NCBI GenBank assembly: GCA_963822305.1
Contig: CAWGHF010000026.1
Coordinates: forward strand, 11,093 to 75,092
Reading direction: 5' to 3'
Source: an uncultured Actinomycetota bacterium
GTDB lineage: Bacteria; Actinomycetota; Actinomycetes; Mycobacteriales; Mycobacteriaceae
DNA length: 64,000 bases
In this document: positions 56,453 through 64,000 of the stretch, one piece after another
Numbering within the stretch: position 1 is the stretch's first letter
Layout of the letters: every line of letters starts with the position of its first letter
Position numbers and translations under genes: made by a program
The notes under the pieces: model-generated
The model's input: the letters and a program-made list of their open reading frames with translations, nothing else
The model's database searches: none
What the model was told of the DNA's origin: nothing

Positions 56453-56748
56453 GCCACTTGCCGCGCGGACCGTCGACTTGGGCACATTGATCATTGCTGT
56501 CATCCGGTCGTCGACGCGGCGCCCGGGCAGAACCGAGGTTGTTAGGTACCGGTTGGCCCGCTCGACGATCTGTTGTCCCACCACAGTTCCTCAACAAATG
56601 GCTGCGCCAGCACCACCGCCCGCGATGAACCGGGAACTCGCCTGCTGGCTGAATCCGACCGCATTCTGCCCAGCGGAAATAATCGATCGCACAGATTTCT
56701 GTCGGCGAGAATGACCTCATACATATTGTGCGTGGACAAGGGGTCAGC

Positions 56749-57591
56749 ATGACGGCGACGACTGCGGTTGAGGAGATCGGCGAGCCCCGGTCGGACGCGG
56801 CCCGGGGAGCCAAGCTCCGTGGGCGCGTTGCTTTCGTGACGGGTGGCACCCGTGGAATCGGTGCGGCGATCAGTAAGAGCCTGGTCGGTCAGGGTGCAAC
56901 GGTAGCCGCGGGATACGGCAGGAACACCGAACAGGCGCAGAAGTTCCTCGCTGAGTTGTCGGAGGGCAGTGACGGCGCCGAGGTCAGCGTCCATCAGGGC
57001 GATGTCGCGAGTGCGGGTGACTGTCGACGAACGATCCAGGAGGTCATCGACCTCCACGGCCGCCTGGACATCCTGATCAACAACGCCGGCATCACCATCG
57101 ACAAGACGGTGGCCAACATGTCCGAAGACGAATGGAACAAGGTCATCGGAGTCAACCTGTCCGGGGCGTTCTTTCTTGCCCAGGCCGCGTTGGCGCACAT
57201 GCTCGAGCGCGGCAGCGGCCGGATCGTCATGGTCTCCTCGGTGATCGGTGAGACGGGTGCCATCGGTCAGGCGAATTATGCGGCCTCCAAGGCCGGGCTG
57301 TTCGGCCTGACGAAGACACTCGCGCGCGAGGCGTGTTTCCAGATGGGGCGCACGGGCAAGCCGCAAGACGGTGTCGGCGTCACAATCAACGCAATCACAC
57401 CCGGGTTCGTGGCGACCGAGATGCTCGAGAGCATCCCCGACAAGGTCCTAGACCGCATCAAGGGCACCATCCCCATGGGCCGGCTGGCGCGGCCGTGGGA
57501 GGTCGCTCGAGTCGTGCACTTCTTGGCCGCGGACGCCTCGGGGTACATCACTGGACAGGTTTGGGGGGTCAACGGCGGTCTGGACATGTGA
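56749..57591 (+). CDS. phaB: Acetoacetyl-CoA / 3-oxoacyl reductase (SDR)
   Basis: TGGTRGIG, NNAGIT, GQANYAASK, PGFVATEM, NGGLDM; adjacent to phaC. Confidence 0.8.
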   Translation: MTATTAVEEIGEPRSDAARGAKLRGRVAFVTGGTRGIGAAISKSLVGQGATVAAGYGRNTEQAQKFLAELSEGSDGAEVSVHQGDVASAGDCRRTIQEVIDLHGRLDILINNAGITIDKTVANMSEDEWNKVIGVNLSGAFFLAQAALAHMLERGSGRIVMVSSVIGETGAIGQANYAASKAGLFGLTKTLAREACFQMGRTGKPQDGVGVTINAITPGFVATEMLESIPDKVLDRIKGTIPMGRLARPWEVARVVHFLAADASGYITGQVWGVNGGLDM

Positions 57592-57667
57592 TGGTCGGTG
57601 ACGGCCCGCCTCCATCGCCAAGCGCTATATCAACCTCGCAAGCGTCTCATCGAAAAGGTGATCGGCA

Positions 57668-59618
57668 ATGCACGCCTTTGAACTCAATAAGCATAATAAG
57701 ATCGTCTTTCCGTCCAATTGCTTTCCGGATCTCGATTTCTCCACTCTCGAAAGTCTCGAGCAGCTTGATGCCGTCGTCCGGCGGGACTTCGATTCCAAGG
57801 CGCCAACCGGGACCGACATCCTTGAGCAGATAAAGACCGGCGCCTACCAAACCAAGTTCGAGTTGATGCGAGATATGGCGCTCAACCTGTTCTGGGCCAA
57901 TCGTTTCAAGATAACGATGTACGACGTGCAGCCAACCCGCTGGGCCGACGTGCCTCGTCGCCGCGACGACCTCTTCGTGCCCATCCTAACGCCGTGGGAA
58001 GATCGCGAAACGAAGGTGTCCGCGGTGATGTCGGCGTATCCGAATCTGCCGGAGCAGTGGGATGCCGAGGTCGAGGACAGCATCTTCGAGGTCCTCTTCG
58101 ACGTGTTCGGACATCGCCGAAACCACGCGACCAAACTGTCGCCTGTCGTACCCACGGTTGCCGATCTGCTGACCAACCCCGGTAATCAAACGCTGCGACT
58201 GAATCGCTACGACCCTGACTTCCGCCGGTACAGCTACGCCGAGATCATCGACTGCAACGAGGATGTGGCCGAGCTGGAAGCGCTACGCCGCTGGTCGATG
58301 GTGTTGCACAACCAGTATCCGTGGGATCGCGGCGAGGCCGCCCTGACCCCTGTCGGGGAATTGCGCGACGACGACTATGTGGTGGTGTTTTGTCCGCGTG
58401 ATCGAGAGGTCCAGCTTTTCCTGTCCCGCGTCGCCTCGGGGCACGCTCCGAAGAAGGTCCGCGTCGGTCGTCCCCGAGGTTCACGCGCCCGTTCGCCCGT
58501 ACCCTGCCATCGACGTACGCAACGACTTGGCAGTACAACCGCGTATCGAGGCCATGGCCGCGGCGCAAGGTGATCAGGTGTGCACCAACGAGGACCTCAT
58601 CCGCAACAGCGCCTACAACTGGTCCCCCATGTCTGCCGACGAGATCAGTGCCAAGACCGGCATCGAGCAGCGGCGTTACACCTCGGGCAGCCTCGAGGAT
58701 CTCGCGTTGCGGGCCGCCCGGTCGGCGCTCGCTCACGCCCAGGTGGGTCCAGAGCAGATCGGGGCGGTCATCGTGTGCACCTGCACCAGCTCTCGGCTGA
58801 TACCGTCGATCGCCACCTGGATTTCCGGCGCGTTGGGCATCGGGCAGACGCACTGCTCGTTTGACCTCGTCGCCGCGTGCGCGGGCCTCAGCTATGGGCT
58901 CGCCGAGGCGACGAGAATTCTCCAACTGGTCCGGCGCCCAGTCCTTCTCGTGTGCGCGGAAAAGTTCTCCGACAAGATCGGGAACGTCCGGCCATCGCGG
59001 ATGATTTTCGGGGACGGCGCGTCCGCCATTGTCCTGGGCGTCGCACCCGAGGGTTCGCCGCCGGACATCGAGTACATGCAGACGTATGCCAGCGGTCCGA
59101 CAAGTCAGGTCAATTCGATCCTGTGGCCCAACCCCGCGTTCGGCAACAACATCACGGTCTTCGGTCCTGAGGTGAAGGCGCTCGCCGGGCGCTATCTGCG
59201 GCAGATGCTGGATGACCTCAGGGCCCTGCCCGACCCGGATGGAGTCGCTGAGTCACTGCTGGCCAGCATCGAATTAATTGTCCCGCATCAGGCGAACAAG
59301 ACCATGGTGATCGATCTGGCGACCGGCGCCGGTCTGTCCCCAGATCAGCTGTATTTCAACATCGAACGGATGGGGAACGCCTCCGCGGCGAGCATTCCGC
59401 TGGCAATCAACGACGCGGTCCGCGACGGAGTGATCACCAAGCCGATGCGAATTTTCGCCCCGGGTTTCGGTGCCGGCGCGGTTGCTGGCTACGCGGTGCT
59501 GCGAATCGATCCTGCCGTTATAGCGCCTGACGACCAGGCGACATCCACTGGCGAGTCGGCCGCAGTCCCTGAGTCGGTCACAACAACTGCCGGGGTCGAT
59601 ATGGCCCTTGCGCTGTGA
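57668..59618 (+). CDS. KAS III (FabH/NphT7-like) with ~270-aa unrecognised N-terminal domain; frameshift near 58460
   Basis: KTGIEQRR, DLVAACAG (Cys), FGDGA, PHQAN (His), GNASAASIP (Asn), GFGAG. Confidence 0.85.
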
Positions 59619-59861
59619 TAGCCGCCGCTCTTCGGCTGGCGGGATGGTTCGACCCCTAAGGGTTGGACCACGCGCGTGTCCTCGACCTCTTGACAACCAC
59701 TCCGCTAGAACATGTCGACACGGGCGGCCGGTAGGTCTGACCGGGATGACGGCGCCCGTCGTCAACTAACTCGACACATCGACGTCAACCGGCCGCCTGA
59801 GACCGGGGCGCCGAACACGTCAACACCAGCCAAGTTTTATTTCCCGACTTGAGGAGCCTCA

Positions 59862-59900
59862 ATGACCCAGGCATGGTTCATCACCGGCACTTCCGGCGGG
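59862..59900 (+). pseudogene. SDR N-terminal stub (MTQAWFITGTSGG)
   Basis: GAGGAG RBS plus a classic SDR start that stops abruptly before the patatin ATG. Confidence 0.5.
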
Positions 59901-59908
59901 ACGGCGCG

Positions 59909-60958
59909 ATGACCGGCCGCGCTCGACGCCATCCGGGCCAGACCCGCGGCCTCGTCGGGCCGCGCGCCGAAAAGACGGTGTCGCTGGCCCTGCAGGGCGG
60001 CGGGGCCCACGGCGCCTTCACGTGGGGCGTGCTCGACGCCCTCCTCGAAGACGGGCGCCTCGCCGTCGAAGCGATCACCGGGGCGAGCGCCGGCGCCATG
60101 AACGCCGTCGTGATGGTGGAGGGCTGGCTCGACGGCGGGATCGACGGCGCGCGCAGCTCACTCGAAACCTTCTGGCGCCGGGCCAGCCTCGACGGGTCCC
60201 TTTCCCCCACCCAGCGCGCGCTTCTCGGCCTGATGCTGGGCTTCTGGAGCAAGGCCTGGACGGACGTCATCGCCCCAAGCTTCAGTCCCTACCGGACGAA
60301 CCCGCTCAACATCAATCCGTTGCGAGACGCGATCGACGCGCTCATCGACTTCGATCGCGTGCGCGCCTGCACGGATGTCGAGCTCTTCCTCAGCGCGACC
60401 AATGTCTGGACCGGCAAGGTTGCGATCTTCAAGACACAGGAACTCACGGCCGATCACCTCATGGCCTCCGGCTGCCTGCCCACGGTCTTTCAGGCGGTGG
60501 AAATCGACGGCGTGCCCTATTGGGACGGCGGCTATATGGCCAATCCGGCACTGTTCCCGCTCTTCGACGAGACGATGACCGACGACATCCTGCTCGTGCA
60601 GATCAACCCGCTGGAGCGCCGGCAGACGCCGCGCACGGTGCACGAAATCCACAACCGGCTGAACGAGATCAGCTTCAACAGCACTCTCGTGCGCGAATTG
60701 CGGGCCGTGGCGTTTGTCACCCAGCTGATCGAAGAGGGAAGACTCTCGCCCGACGAATACAAGCACGTCCACTTGCACCGGATCGACGCGAGCGGCGTGC
60801 TCGACGATCACGAGGCCTCTTCGAAGCGCAACGCGGAATGGGATTACTTCGTCCAGCTTCGCGATGCCGGGCGGCGGACCGCTCAATCCTGGCTCGCGGC
60901 CCACTACGAGGCGATCGGGGTGCACGGCACACTCGATCTGCAGGACGCTCGGTTGTGA
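59909..60958 (+). CDS. Patatin-like hydrolase (candidate PHA depolymerase)
   Basis: LQGGGAHG oxyanion motif, GASAG Ser, WDGGY Asp. Confidence 0.9.
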   Translation: MTGRARRHPGQTRGLVGPRAEKTVSLALQGGGAHGAFTWGVLDALLEDGRLAVEAITGASAGAMNAVVMVEGWLDGGIDGARSSLETFWRRASLDGSLSPTQRALLGLMLGFWSKAWTDVIAPSFSPYRTNPLNINPLRDAIDALIDFDRVRACTDVELFLSATNVWTGKVAIFKTQELTADHLMASGCLPTVFQAVEIDGVPYWDGGYMANPALFPLFDETMTDDILLVQINPLERRQTPRTVHEIHNRLNEISFNSTLVRELRAVAFVTQLIEEGRLSPDEYKHVHLHRIDASGVLDDHEASSKRNAEWDYFVQLRDAGRRTAQSWLAAHYEAIGVHGTLDLQDARL

Positions 60959-61317
60959 CGCGGGTCAATCGCGGAAGCGTCCAGCTCGTCGAGCAGGTAG
61001 CCGTCCGCGACAACCGTCGCCGCTTGATGTCACGAATCTCCAGCGAGCGGGTGACCGGACCTGGTAGTGCTGCAGTCGTCGGCTTCACCGCAAGCGCGGC
61101 AACCCGCGCAGCTCGTGCTGATGACCCGGCTTCGGGGCTATCAAACCTACCGGCCGATGGTTAACAACTCCGGCTACGCTGCGGGCTTTCGCCGTCCGGG
61201 CCGCTACCGATTAATGCTTGTGAACGCGGGTGCTTGGGCACTGGCGATCACTTAGGCTGATGGTCATGTGGCAGCCGTTAGTCCGGTTAGCACACGCTGC
61301 GATAACAGGAGCTGCCG

Positions 61318-63193
61318 GTGTCCGTCCAGATCTCCGCCGACCCTGCCGATATAGAGCAACGCCTTTCGCGGTGGCGTTCGGCCGTTGCCGGGGTGCTGGC
61401 CAAGAGCACCCGGCGTGACCCGTCAGAATTGCCCGCCGAGCCCGAGCGCCTGCTGGATTCGCCCACCTACGAAGGCTTTCCGGTACGCCCGCTGTACACC
61501 AGCTTGGACACGCTGGCCGAGCCGCCGCTGCCCGGCAGTGGCCCTTCGTGCGGGGCGGCGACGCGCTGCGCGACGTCAAGTCGGGATGGAAGGTGGCCGA
61601 AGGGCTTTCCCGCCAATGGGTCCGCCGCAGTCGGCGAGGACAACGGCGCGGTGCTGGTCGCGCTGACCGAAGGCGTGAGCGCGCTGGTGCTGCGGGTCGG
61701 CGAGCCCGGCGGTGTCGCTGCCGGCCGACCTGGACCGGCTGCTCGAGGGCGTCTTCCTCGACCTGGTGCCGGTGGTACTGGACGCGGGCACCGATTACGT
61801 TGCCGCCGCCGACGCGGTGCTGGCGCTGCTGACCGAGCTTGGACGACGACCAGCGCGTCGCGGCTGTCGGTCGACCTGGGCGCCGACCCGTTGACCGCGC
61901 CGCTGGGCGCGCGGTCCGCGCCGGAGCGTGGCCGACGTCGTCGCGACCGCGGCGAAAGTGGGCGGCTACGACGGACGGCGTGCGCGCGATCACCGTTGAC
62001 GGCCCGGCGTTCCACAACCACGGTGCGAGCGCGTCGTGGGAGCTGGCCGGCAGCGTGGCAGCCGGGGTGGCCTACCTGCGGCTGCTCAGCGGCGGCGGCC
62101 TTGGTGTTCGGGATGGGTTGCGGCAGATCAGCTTTCGATTCGCCGCGGACGACGACCAGTTCATGACCATTGCGAAGCTGCGTGCGGCACGCCAACTTTG
62201 GGCGCGGGTTGCCGAGGTTGTCGGGGAACCCGACAGCGGCGCGCGCGACCGTGCATGCGCGTCACGTCGTTGCCGATGATGGCCGAGCGCGACCCGTGGG
62301 TGAACATGCTGCGCACTACGCTGGCGGCTTTCGGGGCGGGTGTCGGTGGTGCTGATACCGTGCTCGTCCAGCCTTTCGACGTCGCGATCCCCGGCGGATT
62401 CCCGGGGATCGCGGCCCGCTTCTCGCGGCGGATCGCCCGTAACACCCAGCTGTTGCTGCTGGAGGAATCCCATGTCGGGCGGGTGCTCGATCCCGCGGCC
62501 GGGTCGTGGTTCGTCGACGACCTCACCGAGCGGCTCGCCGAGCAGGCGTGGACGCATTTCCGGGAGATCGAGCAGCGGGGCGGCTTCGTCGAGGCCGGGG
62601 AGTTCGTCGCCGAGCAGATCGCCGAGGTGCGCGACCGCCGGATCGACGACATCGCGCACCGGGGCACGGCGCTGACCGGTGTCAACGAATACCCAAACCT
62701 GGCCGAACCGCCGCTACCCCCGAACGACCTGAAAGCGACTGTCGAGAGTTACGCGGCCGGGTTTGAAGCGCTGCGGGACCGCTCGGATGCCTACCTCGAG
62801 CGGACCGGGTCGCGCCCGCAGGTGCTGCTGCTGCCGCTGGGTCCGCTGGCCGAGCACAACATCCGCGCGACGTTCGCGGCGAACCTGCTGGCCTCAGGCG
62901 GTATCGAGGCGGCCAGCCCGGGAACCGTGACCGCCGACGGTGTCGCGCAGGCGATTTCGGTCGCTGACTCTCCGAGCGTCGCGGTCATCTGCGGTACCGA
63001 TGCCCGCTACGGGACCGAGGCGGCCGGCGTGGTCGAGGCGGCCCGCGCCGCCGGGCTGTCGCGGGTCTATCTGGCCGGCCCGGAGAAGGCGGTGGCGGAT
63101 GTCGACCAGGGCGGCCGCCCCGACGACTACCTGACCGCTAAGATCGACGCGGTCAGCGCCCTGTCGACTCTGCTCACCCGATTGGGGGCATAG
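61318..63193 (+). CDS. mutA: Methylmalonyl-CoA mutase small subunit; several frameshifts
   Basis: WRSAVAGVLAK...PTYEG..VRPLY, FMTIAKLRAARQLW, DPWVNMLR, RRIARNTQLLLLEES, LTGVNEYPN. Confidence 0.88.
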
Positions 63194-63197
63194 ACCG

Positions 63198-64000
63198 ATG
63201 ACGGCAAGCACCTCCATCGTCGACAGCTTCGCCGACGTTCCCCTTCACGGCGAGCGCGCCGGGGAACCCGCCACAGAGGCTGCCGTGACCGAGCACGTCG
63301 CCGCGGCCGCTGCCGCGCACGGCTACTACTCCGGAGCAGCTCGACTGGATCACCCCCGAGGGCATCGACGTCAAACCGGTCTACATCGCCGCCGACCGTG
63401 AGGCGGCCGTGGCCGAGGGTTACCCGCTGGATAGCCTGCCCGGCGCGCCGCCGTATGTGCGCGGGCCGTATCCGACGATGTATGTCAACCAGCCGTGGAC
63501 CATCCGGCAGTACGCCGGGTTCTCCACTGCCGCCGATTCCAACGCGTTCTACCGCCGCAACCTGGCCGCGGGTCAGAAGGGGCTGTCGGTGGCGTTCGAC
63601 CTGGCCACCCACCGCGGTTATGACTCCGATCATCCGCGCGTGCAGGGTGACGTCGGGATGGCCGGGGTGGCGATCGACTCGATCCTGGACATGCGCCAGC
63701 TGTTCGACGGCATCGACCTGTCCACGGTGTCGGTGTCGATGACGATGAACGGCGCGGTGCTGCCGATTCTGGCGCTGTACGTGGTGGCCGCCGAGGAGCA
63801 GGGGGTGCCGCCGGAGAAGCTGGCCGGGACCATCCAGAACGACATCCTCAAGGAGTTCATGGTCCGCAACACCTACATCTATCCGCCGAAGCCGTCGATG
63901 CGGATCATCTCCGACATCTTCGGCTACACCAGCACCAAGATGCCGAAGTTCAACTCGATCTCGATCTCCGGCTATCACATCCAGGAGGCCGGTGCGACAG
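63198..64000 (+). CDS. mutB: Methylmalonyl-CoA mutase large subunit, 3'-truncated by window edge; frameshift near 63335
   Basis: [73 protein letters not shown]. Confidence 0.93.

Noticed and set aside
56452-56748. Possible phasin or PhaR gene between phaC and phaB
   Set aside because: No ORF with credible start, codon bias or amphipathic pattern.
60960-61317. Cobalamin riboswitch upstream of mutA
   Set aside because: I could not find the conserved B12-box motifs.

Overview
High-GC actinobacterial DNA, almost certainly a fast-growing mycobacterium (Mycolicibacterium-like). The first 8.9 kb is the conserved menJ-grcC1-htpX-gpsA-yajQ-tRNA-Tyr(GUA) core locus. Everything downstream looks accessory. 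It forms a tandem array of at least three islands integrated at tRNA-Tyr. Each island ends in a homologous ~200-bp att arm followed by a duplicated tRNA-Tyr 3' half (21435, 32756, 47486). Island 1 carries an Asp23/AmaP operon, a GAF-ANTAR protein, a dynamin-like GTPase pair and a three-layer nested IS (IS256 > IS110-A > IS110-B). The non-coding ends of the two IS110 elements contain bridge-RNA-like guide segments that match their actual insertion junctions. Island 2 is a TetR-linked ethanol/acetate/acyl-CoA uptake and activation module. Island 3 carries MarR and SoxR redox-response genes, frdABCD and many gene stubs. After the third att site lies a polyhydroxyalkanoate cluster with no phaA thiolase: carbonic anhydrase, a ~1830-aa single-chain biotin carboxylase, phaC, phaB, an N-terminally extended KAS III and a patatin hydrolase, followed by mutAB. 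Its gene content suggests a malonyl-CoA-dependent (NphT7-like) route to PHB/PHBV. Many genes, including core ones, carry single-base frameshifts. These are probably sequencing or assembly errors, so pseudogene calls are uncertain. No CRISPR array or rRNA was seen.
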